From the NCBI GenBank assembly GCA_965263035.1, contig OZ253580.1:2688001-2752000 (forward strand): a DNA stretch of 64,000 nucleotides, read 5' to 3'. Below are positions 55,934 through 64,000 of this stretch, one piece after another. Each line of letters begins with the position of its first letter. Within the stretch, counting starts at the first letter, position 1. The stretch comes from Acidobacteriota bacterium. GTDB lineage: Bacteria > Acidobacteriota > UBA6911 > RPQK01 > JAJDTT01. The translations under genes and the position numbers were made by a program. A model generated the notes under the pieces. That model was not told the origin of the DNA. It made no database searches and saw nothing but the letters and a program-made list of their open reading frames with translations.

Positions 55934-57565
55934 TCACTCCAACTCGAAGCTGAAGAGCGCGCTCCCGGCGGTGATGGCCAGGTGTTGCTTGCCCTGGTTC
56001 AGGTAGGTGATGGGATTGGTGGCGATCATGCCTCCCAGTGGAGCCACCCAGAGCTCCTCCCCGGTGCGGGCGTCCAGAGCGAAGAACTGGCCGTCGGTGG
56101 TGCCTCCGAAGGCGAGGTCCCCGGCGGTGGTGAGGACACCGGACCAGGGCACGGTCAGCAGGGGATACTCCCACTTGAGCTCGCCCGTCTCCGGGACCAG
56201 GGCCCGGATCGCTCCCCTTCCCGGCGGCTCTTCGGACGCTCCCTGAATCAGCCCGCCCCAGTAGGGAAGCCCCGGCGTGTAGTCGGCCTCGCCCTTGTAA
56301 AAGTAGTTGGGCAATTCCCAGACCGGTACGTAGAAAAGGCCGGTTCGCGGACTGTAGGACGGCGAGTACCAGTTGGTCCCCCCCTGGACTCCGGGGTAGA
56401 CCAGCGTTCCTTCCTCAGTAGGCTCCATGTTCGGGACCCGGACCGGACGGCCATTATCATCGATCCTGTCCGCCCAGGTCACCTTCACGTATTTCTTGCC
56501 CAGGAGAAACTCTCCGGAGGTCCGATCCAGAACGTAGAAGAATCCGTTCCGGTTGGCGAAGTACATGAGCTTTCGCTGGGCGCCGCCGAATTCGCCGTCC
56601 ACCAGCACCGGGATCTGCACCGAGTCCCAATCGTGCACGTCATGGGGAGTGAACTGGAAATACCAACGCAACTTTCCGGTATCGGCTTCCACGGCCACGA
56701 CCGAAGAAGCGTACAGGTTGTCCCCCAACCGAACGTCGCCGTTCCAGTCGGGCGCAGGATTCCCCGTGCCCCAGTAGATGAGGTCCAGTTCCGGATCGTA
56801 GGAACCTGTGATCCAGGTCGGTGCGCCACCCTGCTTCCACGAGTCCCCGGACCAGGTCTCGTTCCCCGGTTCGCCGGGACCCGGAATGGTGTAGAAACGC
56901 CAGGCCCTCTTGCCCGTGGCGGCGTCGTAGGCGTCCAGAAATCCCCGGATCCCGTATTCCCCGCCCGAGATGCCCACTATGATCTTGTCCTTCACGGCCA
57001 GCGGCGCCACCGTGATGCTGTAACCCTCGCTGTATTCGGCCACCTTCGCCTTCCAGGCGACGGCGCCCGTCTTGGCGTCCAGGGCCACCAGTTGGGCGTC
57101 CAGCGTGCCCAGATAGACCCGGCCGTTCAATACAGCCATGCCCCGGTTCACCCGTCCGCAGCAGACGCTGGTGCGTTCCGGCAGTTTGTGCCGGTACTCC
57201 CAGTAGGGCCGCCCCGTCCGAACGTCCAAGGCCAGAGCGTCACTCGGGGGCTGGGTCACGTACATGACGCCGTTGACCACCAGAGGTGTCGTCTCCACCT
57301 TCTCCAGGCTCTTGAATTGGAACACCCAGTCGAGACTCAGGCGGTGGACATTGGTGGTGTCGACCTGGTCCAGACGACTGTAGCGCCAACTCCGGTAGCC
57401 GCCGGAGTAGGTGAGCCAGTGCCCCGGCAGTTGGTCCGCCGTCAGCAGTTCGTCGTGGGTCACCTCTCCCGAGAGGACCGCCGCTTCCTGTCTGGGAACC
57501 GTTTCTCCAGGCTGGCAGGCCACCACCAGCAACAGCACCAACCAGATCGCCGAATGCCGCTTCAT
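55934..57565 (-). CDS. PQQ-dependent alcohol dehydrogenase (methanol/ethanol family), lipoprotein
   Basis: Lipobox LVVAC; ETTPLV, CCGRVNRG, SGGEYG, GTGNP, HDWD, GGTNW; real start taken as MKRH, not the GTG inside the MITE. Confidence 0.9.
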   Translation of the reverse strand: MKRHSAIWLVLLLVVACQPGETVPRQEAAVLSGEVTHDELLTADQLPGHWLTYSGGYRSWRYSRLDQVDTTNVHRLSLDWVFQFKSLEKVETTPLVVNGVMYVTQPPSDALALDVRTGRPYWEYRHKLPERTSVCCGRVNRGMAVLNGRVYLGTLDAQLVALDAKTGAVAWKAKVAEYSEGYSITVAPLAVKDKIIVGISGGEYGIRGFLDAYDAATGKRAWRFYTIPGPGEPGNETWSGDSWKQGGAPTWITGSYDPELDLIYWGTGNPAPDWNGDVRLGDNLYASSVVAVEADTGKLRWYFQFTPHDVHDWDSVQIPVLVDGEFGGAQRKLMYFANRNGFFYVLDRTSGEFLLGKKYVKVTWADRIDDNGRPVRVPNMEPTEEGTLVYPGVQGGTNWYSPSYSPRTGLFYVPVWELPNYFYKGEADYTPGLPYWGGLIQGASEEPPGRGAIRALVPETGELKWEYPLLTVPWSGVLTTAGDLAFGGTTDGQFFALDARTGEELWVAPLGGMIATNPITYLNQGKQHLAITAGSALFSFELE

Positions 57566-57573
57566 GGACGCTA

Positions 57574-57734
57574 GCAGTCCGTGGTGAAAGTCCCACGCAG
57601 CACCGAGACCGGGGCTGCGCCCGCCGGACAAGGCGCTCTGAGGGAGCATACTGGGAGTATGTGACCGAGGAGCAACGCAGTCCGCCGGGATGCAGACCCG
57701 GTCGAATGCCGTGATGACTTTTGCCACGGGCTGC
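57574..57734 (-). mobile_element. 161-bp MITE copy 4
   Basis: Same length and TIRs as copy 1, flanked by TA, inserted at the stop codon of the cytochrome c gene. Confidence 0.9.
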
Positions 57735-58543
57735 TAATCCCTTCTCAATGAGGCCAGGTAGGCCACCAGGTCGTCGACCTCCGCCTCGGTGAGATCGCCT
57801 TGAAAGGTCGGCATGGACGAGACCTGCCCCCTGCGAATCTCTTTCAGGAGCTTCTTGGAATAGGAGAGGAGGCGCTCTTCCTCGTCCATGACCTGGACGG
57901 AATAGCTGTCTTCGTTCAGAACCACCCCCTGGACGGAATTTCCATCGGCCAGGGTGAGGGTGACCGGCCAGTAGCGGCGGGTCCCGTCCACGAAGGCTTC
58001 GGCCGTGTTGCCGATCTCGGCGCTGGGTTCCAGGATGGACTCCCGCAGGAAACTGGGAGACCGCTTCCAGCCCACCTCGCTCAAGTCGGGACCGAGACGT
58101 CCTCCCTGTCCATTGACCATGTGACAGCGGGAGCAGTCCCCTTGCTCCTCGAAGATGATCCTGCCCTTGGCGGCGTCGCCGCGGAGCTTCTCGGGCTCGG
58201 AACGCCGATCCAGGGACCGCAGAAAGGAGACCAACTGCCAGACCTGCCGGTCGGTGAATCGGTGGGGCGCCATGCTGGTCCCGGGGATCCCCTGGCTGAC
58301 GATGCGGAACAGGGCCGAATCGCTGTTGCCATGGCGATACTCGGAACGGGTCAGGTCAGGACCCGTTTCTCCGGTGGCGTCCAGGGCATGGCAGATGGAG
58401 CAATGGTTCCGGAAGTTCCGGGCGCCGTTCTTCACGTCGGCGGCCGAAGTGTAAGGGTTCGGGACGGCCGACTGTTGCGCCGGGGAATCCTGTGCCAGGG
58501 TCAGGATCAGCAAGCCGGCAGCCAGGATGAATCTTTTTTCCAA
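57734..58543 (-). CDS. Diheme c-type cytochrome, probable partner of the PQQ dehydrogenase
   Basis: Signal peptide, CSICH and CSRCH, GPDL, SSMP. Confidence 0.88.
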   Translation of the reverse strand: MEKRFILAAGLLILTLAQDSPAQQSAVPNPYTSAADVKNGARNFRNHCSICHALDATGETGPDLTRSEYRHGNSDSALFRIVSQGIPGTSMAPHRFTDRQVWQLVSFLRSLDRRSEPEKLRGDAAKGRIIFEEQGDCSRCHMVNGQGGRLGPDLSEVGWKRSPSFLRESILEPSAEIGNTAEAFVDGTRRYWPVTLTLADGNSVQGVVLNEDSYSVQVMDEEERLLSYSKKLLKEIRRGQVSSMPTFQGDLTEAEVDDLVAYLASLRRD

Positions 58544-58615
58544 AACGGTCCTAACGTTGCATTTGTCCTATCCGAACGCCTGCCGGAAGTCAAGATGCAG
58601 GACGGAAAAGAAAAA

Positions 58616-58640
58616 GGGCGCCCACAAGGGGCACCCCTAC
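58616..58640 (-). repeat. GTAG-class REP-like palindrome
   Basis: GTAG-GGGTGCCC-CTTGT-GGGCGCCC. Confidence 0.6.
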
Positions 58641-58723
58641 AATTTCCCTGGAAGAGGGTCAGTTATTGTCTATCTATGATAAAAACTGTGTCCGTATTTA
58701 CTATTGATAGGAAATCTCCCCTC

Positions 58724-59767
58724 TTATGGAAATCTATCGGTGAGGATCTTCCGGGCCTGGATCCTGGCCTTCTCCAGCACGTCCTGCAGGCGTACCGGCG
58801 CTCCGCCCCGCCGCTTGCTCTCATCGGCCGCTTCCATGAAGACGTAGATTTCCAGCGTCGTGGCAGGATCGACGGGTGGAACGCGGGTCTCGAAGAACTC
58901 CACGATCCGGGCGACCAGGGGAGGATATCCGCTGAAGCCTCCCAGCGGCGCGATCGCGTCACTCCCGAAGACGGTCCCGCCGTATCCTCGCTTCCCGGAC
59001 CGCCGCCCGTGGAAGGTTCCAAGCCGGCCGCCGGACCATCTTCCCACCACCACGTCGCCTCCCGGCGTGTTCATCCGGCTCAGCTCCACGCAGCCGGGAC
59101 CCATGACGGTGTAGAGAAACTCCACCCCATGGATGCCGTACCAGAAGAGATCGGGGTGATTCGGCTCCATGACCGCCGGACTGTAGGCATCGCACGCCAG
59201 GATCTTCCCCACCTTCCCCTTGACCACTTCCTGAACCCCGGCGGCATAGCGCAGGGCGGAAGAGGAGAAGACGGGAGTCCCGTAGCGTTTCGAGAGCTCG
59301 TAGATCGCCACCACGTCCGCCAGGGTTCCGGCCACCGGTTTGTCGATGAAGACCGGCTTGCCGGCCTTCAGGACCGGTGCGGCCTGCTCCAGGTGGGGAC
59401 GCCCGTCGTTGGTCTCCAGCAGGACCACGTCCACTTTTTCCAGGAGCGCCTCGATGCTGGGAACGATCTCCACGCCCATCTCCCGGACCCGGCGCGTGTA
59501 TTCCGGGACCCGCCGCACGCTCGACTCGATGTCGCGGCTCCCCTGGGGATACGCGGCCACCACCCGGCAGCCCGGAACGTGGCCCTCGTCCTCGGGATGG
59601 TTGAGGATCCGGGTGAAGTGAACGGCATGGGACGTGTCGAGGCCGATGATCCCGGCTCGAAGCGGGGCGGCGCGCACTCCGCCATCTGCCGACGCCGTAA
59701 GGAAGAGGAGCAGAACCAGGAGCGCGGAACCGATTCGAGCCGAGTTGACTCCGCGTATGAGCCGCAT
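58724..59767 (-). CDS. Secreted Gfo/Idh/MocA oxidoreductase
   Basis: Signal peptide, GIIGLDTSH, FIDKP, YGIHGVE; the ORF-track start overlaps the tRNA and was trimmed. Confidence 0.85.
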   Translation of the reverse strand: MRLIRGVNSARIGSALLVLLLFLTASADGGVRAAPLRAGIIGLDTSHAVHFTRILNHPEDEGHVPGCRVVAAYPQGSRDIESSVRRVPEYTRRVREMGVEIVPSIEALLEKVDVVLLETNDGRPHLEQAAPVLKAGKPVFIDKPVAGTLADVVAIYELSKRYGTPVFSSSALRYAAGVQEVVKGKVGKILACDAYSPAVMEPNHPDLFWYGIHGVEFLYTVMGPGCVELSRMNTPGGDVVVGRWSGGRLGTFHGRRSGKRGYGGTVFGSDAIAPLGGFSGYPPLVARIVEFFETRVPPVDPATTLEIYVFMEAADESKRRGGAPVRLQDVLEKARIQARKILTDRFP

Positions 59768-59774
59768 AAAAAGG

Positions 59775-59849
<75 letters not shown>

Positions 59850-59919
59850 TCGCTGACCATTCTAGCACCCGGCGGAAAGAATGGAATGGCGGGACCCGGC
59901 TCAAACGGGCACACCCATT

Positions 59920-61563
59920 CTAATTTGAACTCGACCTTTGGGCCACGACCAGGTCCTGGTCGTCGATGATGGTGTTCATGGCCTGCCGCAACCTGGTCAG
60001 CGCAAGTTGATAGTCGATCTGGGAGCGCAGTTCCACGAGACGGGCCTCGGCCACGTCACGCTGGTACTGCAGGAGCTCGAAGTTGGTGGAGAGTCCGGCC
60101 TTGAACCGTTTGGTTTCCAGCTCCAACTGCTCCTGGGCGAAGCGCACCGCCAGAGCGGACATGTCCAGTTCCCGCTTCTGAATGCCGAGACGTTCATAGG
60201 CGTTACGGACCTCCTCCACGATGAGCTGCTCCTGCTCCCGGTGCTGGTGCCGGAGACGGCGCTGGGCAATGGCGGTCTCCGCAAGAAGGCCTTCGTTGCG
60301 GCGATTTCTCAAGGGGATCTCCACATCGACGAAGATCTCGTAGGAAATGTAGTCGAACCCCAGCGCCTGTCCCATGGAATTGCCGAAGTTGCCGTAGAAC
60401 GGGTTCGTCGGATCCGGCTCGCGAGTCAGGGCGCCGAAGAAATCCACGTTCTTGAAGACCTGTCCCGACCGGCCGTACGAACCGACGTTGGCTATCAGAT
60501 TGACTCTGGGCTTTCCCTCCTTCCTGTAGAAATCCCTGTCGATCCGATTCTGCTCCACCTCCAGGTTCAGGCGCTCCAACTCGGGACGGCGCTTCAGAGC
60601 CTGTCCGATGGCCTCTTCCAGCGTGATGCCCACGGGTCGAATCCGAGGCCGATCCGTTGGAATCAACCTCAAATTCCAAAGGGGGGCCGAACGATCGGAG
60701 GTCAGAATCCGCTTCAGGGCGTTCTGACGAATGACGATCTGGACCTCCGCCTGAATCGTGACCTGCTCCCGCTTGGAGACTTCCGCCCGGGTCCGGCTGA
60801 CCTCCATGGGAGCCGAGATGCCCACCGCCACCCTGCGCTTGTTGAGCTCGTGCTGCAGGACGGCCTGTTCCCGCGACTGGCGGCGCGTCTCGTGGTTGTC
60901 GATGGCCGAAACCAGTTCCCAATACTCGTTCTGGAGGCGCAAGACGATGTCCGACACCCTCTCTTCGAACTGGCTCTCGTTGATGCGGCGGTCCAAGTTG
61001 TAGAGCTTCAACTGCCGTTCGGTCTGAGTCTCCCGGAATCCTCGCCACAGGGGTTGGGTGAAGGAGAAGTTGAAGTAGGACTCGAAGTTGGGATTGATGA
61101 TGGAAAAAAGACTGTTGGTGGAGTTGCGAACGTTGTTCAGGGTCAGCTGGAGGGCGCCGCCGCCTTTGACCGGCTGTTGAACCGACGTGTTGAGGTTGAG
61201 CCCGCGCCGAATTGACGTGGGGGTGTTGCGGCCCGCATCCAGAATGCTGGTGGACGGCCACTCGTTGGAACTCCAGCCCGTGGAGAAGCTGAGCACCGGG
61301 TCGTAGTCGCCGCGAGTCTGGAATATCCGTTGTTCGGTCAGGTCTTCATTGAAATCCTCGATGGCGATCTCCAGGTTGTTGGTCAGCGCGAGCCGGACGG
61401 CCTCCTTCAAGGAGAGATCCAGGTATCTTTCCTCGCTTCGAACCCGTTCCACATACGGTCTGGTGGAAGGAAATTCCTGGTCCGGCTCGGAAGAACCTTC
61501 GATCGGACATAGTCCGACCCAGAGGACGACCAGGCCGGAAACGGGAGGGCGAAAGGCAATCAT
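59920..61563 (-). CDS. TolC-family outer membrane efflux protein
   Basis: LSLKEAVRLALTNN, TQPLWRG, EIPL, RFKAGLST. Confidence 0.9.
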   Translation of the reverse strand: MIAFRPPVSGLVVLWVGLCPIEGSSEPDQEFPSTRPYVERVRSEERYLDLSLKEAVRLALTNNLEIAIEDFNEDLTEQRIFQTRGDYDPVLSFSTGWSSNEWPSTSILDAGRNTPTSIRRGLNLNTSVQQPVKGGGALQLTLNNVRNSTNSLFSIINPNFESYFNFSFTQPLWRGFRETQTERQLKLYNLDRRINESQFEERVSDIVLRLQNEYWELVSAIDNHETRRQSREQAVLQHELNKRRVAVGISAPMEVSRTRAEVSKREQVTIQAEVQIVIRQNALKRILTSDRSAPLWNLRLIPTDRPRIRPVGITLEEAIGQALKRRPELERLNLEVEQNRIDRDFYRKEGKPRVNLIANVGSYGRSGQVFKNVDFFGALTREPDPTNPFYGNFGNSMGQALGFDYISYEIFVDVEIPLRNRRNEGLLAETAIAQRRLRHQHREQEQLIVEEVRNAYERLGIQKRELDMSALAVRFAQEQLELETKRFKAGLSTNFELLQYQRDVAEARLVELRSQIDYQLALTRLRQAMNTIIDDQDLVVAQRSSSN

Positions 61564-61779
61564 GATTGAACTCCTTGCGTAGCTGTTGCATCTTCAAACC
61601 AGAGGTTCGTTTCCGTTAGAGATGCATTCAAAGTCCATAAGGATCGGCCGGTCCCGGTTGGGGTCGGGCTCGCGGCCGGATTTCAGAGGGGAGCCGCGGA
61701 CCGGGAAGACGTGTTCCCGGGCGGCGCTCCCTGATTACATATTATCGCCCAGACCCTTCTCCATCCGGGCAAAGCGTTC

Positions 61780-64000
61780 ATGAGACACACCCCCTTGCCG
61801 TTGGTTCTTCTGTTCTGCACGGTCCCGCTCTGGGCCAATGACACGGAAGGGTCCACCCGTAGAGGCACGGTGGAGAGACGAACCTTCGTCAAGTTCGTGA
61901 CCCTCACCGGGGAACTCAAGGCCAGCGAATCCCTCATCGTGTACTCGCCCCGCATACCCCAACAATGGAACCTGACATTGGGTCATTTGGCGGCTCAGGG
62001 ATCGGCGGTCCGGAAGGGCGATCTGCTGGTGAAATTCGATGGCTCCGGTCTGGAGACCGAACGTCTGGACCTGGAGAAGAAACGCGAGGAAGCCCGCCTC
62101 AAGATCGCCCGCAAGGAGGCGGAGGTCGGGTCCAAACGGCAGGAGCAACTTCTGCTCAAGGCGACCGCCGAAAAAGAATTGAAGGTCGCCCTGATCTACT
62201 CCGAGATTCCACCGGATCTCGTCCCTCGCGAAGATTCTGCCAGATACAAGTACGACGTCTCGCAGGCCAGGATCAAGCTCGAAAAAGCCGACCAGCAACT
62301 CGCCGGCCAGAAGGAGACCGGACTGGCCGAACTGGAGGTTCTCGAACTCGACTACCAACGGGCCGATCTGCAACTCAAACAGCTGCTTCAGGCTATGGAT
62401 CGGCTCACGGTCCGGGCCCCCACCTCCGGACTGGCCGTCCGAGCGCGACATTACCGGGAAGAGCGAAAGCTCCAGACGGGAGACTCGGTTTTTGGAGGGT
62501 ATCCGGTAGTGATGCTCCCCAACCTGGAAAACCTGGAAGTTGCCGCCGTCGTCTACGATTCCGATCTTGCTCTGTTACAGGAAGGATTGAAGGCCGAGGT
62601 GATCCTGGACGCCTATCCTTCCCGCCCCTTCCGCGGCCGCGTGCAGCGGGTCTCGGAGGCGGCAAAGTCCAAGTCGTGGAGATCCCAACATAAGGTCTTC
62701 GAGGCCCGGGTGTCTCTACTGGAAACGGATCTGGACATCATGAAGCCGGGAATGACGGCTCGAGTGAGGATTCCGGTTCCCGTCGGCGAGCGGCTGACGG
62801 TACCCCGGGAGGCGCTCCACCTGGACCCCGATGGTGAGGTTTTCGCGCGGGATGAGCTGGGCCGGAAGCTGCCGTTGCAGATCCTGGATACGACGGACCG
62901 CTGGGTGGCTGTGGCCGGACTGGATGCCGGACAGAAACTCCTCCTGAACTCCGATGCGGGCCCGAGTCGACAATCGGAGGGGGATTGGATCCGGATGAAA
63001 CGGGAGGATTTTACGCTCACCGTACCCGGCAACGGGGTACTCAAGGCAGCTTTGGCGACCTTGATTCGGTCCCCGGTTCTTCCCCACACCTGGCGTCACA
63101 AGATCACCCATATGGCGCCCGAAGGAAGCTCAGTCGAAAAAGGCGAAGTTGTGGTGCGATTGGATCCCACGGAAGTCGAGAAGAAATTGCGTGAGGAATC
63201 GGCCAACGTCGAGAAGGCCCGGGAGGAGTACGAGAAGACGAAGGCGTCATTGGAGCTGGCGGCCCGGGATCTGGATCTGGAGTTGGAAGAAGCCCGGGCC
63301 GATGCCCAGAAGAAGGAAAAACAACTGGATCAAGCCAGAGAATTTCAATCGATCCTCGACGTCAAGAAGGCAGACTACGAGGCGGAGTTGGCTCGTCGAA
63401 AGGTTGAGACTCTGGAGTTGCGGCGGAGGTTCGTGAAGCAGGACGCCGACCTGCAGCTCAAGATCCTGCAAGACAGCCGGCGGCTTTATGAAGAGAGAGC
63501 CTCTCATCATCGAAAATCGATCCAGGCCATGGAAATCGTTTCCCCCCGGGCCGGCACCGTCCTCTACCAGAGGAACTGGCGCAACGAGCCGGTGCGGGTC
63601 GGAAGTGATGTGTATATGGGCAGCACCATCATGAGTCTTCCCGACCTGTCGAGCCTGATGGTGGAAGCGCGGGTCGCGGAAATCGACGCCGGAAAAGTCC
63701 GCGTCGGCCAAGAGGTCAGAGTCGACCTGGACGCGATTCCGGACCGGACTTTCAAGGGAAGAATCGCGTCGGTGGCCACCCTCTTCTCTCCGGCCAGCTT
63801 CGATCGGCCCATGAAGGTGCTGGACCTCACAGTGGAGCTGGAGCGCGTGGACCAGGACAGGATGCGTCCGGGTATGGCAACCCGGATCCAGATCGTCGTC
63901 AACCACTTCCAGGATGTTCTGACCTTGCCCCTGTCGGTCATTCAGACGGAGAACGGCGAGTCCTTCGTCTGGGTGAAGCAGGACGGTGGACCGGTCAAGC
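61780..64000 (+). CDS. Periplasmic adaptor (MacA/HlyD-like MFP) with two tandem MFP units; runs off the window end
   Basis: Manual translation is open from ATG 61780; GS.V.KG/coiled coil/V.AP.SG/DA.P..F.G/PGM motif series occurs twice. Confidence 0.8.
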   Translation, partial: MRHTPLPLVLLFCTVPLWANDTEGSTRRGTVERRTFVKFVTLTGELKASESLIVYSPRIPQQWNLTLGHLAAQGSAVRKGDLLVKFDGSGLETERLDLEKKREEARLKIARKEAEVGSKRQEQLLLKATAEKELKVALIYSEIPPDLVPREDSARYKYDVSQARIKLEKADQQLAGQKETGLAELEVLELDYQRADLQLKQLLQAMDRLTVRAPTSGLAVRARHYREERKLQTGDSVFGGYPVVMLPNLENLEVAAVVYDSDLALLQEGLKAEVILDAYPSRPFRGRVQRVSEAAKSKSWRSQHKVFEARVSLLETDLDIMKPGMTARVRIPVPVGERLTVPREALHLDPDGEVFARDELGRKLPLQILDTTDRWVAVAGLDAGQKLLLNSDAGPSRQSEGDWIRMKREDFTLTVPGNGVLKAALATLIRSPVLPHTWRHKITHMAPEGSSVEKGEVVVRLDPTEVEKKLREESANVEKAREEYEKTKASLELAARDLDLELEEARADAQKKEKQLDQAREFQSILDVKKADYEAELARRKVETLELRRRFVKQDADLQLKILQDSRRLYEERASHHRKSIQAMEIVSPRAGTVLYQRNWRNEPVRVGSDVYMGSTIMSLPDLSSLMVEARVAEIDAGKVRVGQEVRVDLDAIPDRTFKGRIASVATLFSPASFDRPMKVLDLTVELERVDQDRMRPGMATRIQIVVNHFQDVLTLPLSVIQTENGESFVWVKQDGGPVK

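Noticed and set aside
58660-58745. AT-rich patch as a foreign insertion
   Set aside because: No terminal repeats; consistent with the promoter region of the cytochrome c/PQQ operon

Overview
High-GC bacterial chromosome segment, probably Acidobacteriota (inferred from the EF-Tu, L14 and RpoA sequence style and the gene content). The core is a str-S10-spc-alpha ribosomal superoperon (19.7-39.7 kb; infA is missing from its usual slot), transcribed away from an LPS cluster (waaA-lpxK-waaF-waaC) and the RNase P RNA gene. Accessory genes flank it: oxidoreductases, beta-propeller hydrolases, two PSD1-cytochrome c/DUF1501 pairs, a PQQ dehydrogenase with its cytochrome c, and TolC with a tandem periplasmic adaptor. 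A decayed island (about 5.5-11.6 kb) surrounds tRNA-Ala(CGC). Main observations: (1) a 161-bp palindromic, TA-duplicating MITE sits exactly in the P3 loop of the RNase P RNA, with three more copies in the spc operon, at a stop codon and spliced into a gene; (2) a roughly 32-bp palindromic linker marks three junctions between truncated genes in the island, and two identical copies bracket a tRNA-containing segment with a diverged duplicate of a neighbouring gene end; (3) a tRNA-like element with a Leu-type body and GAA at the anticodon position; (4) several inactivated toxin-antitoxin modules. All alignments and counts were done by eye and no database searches were run.
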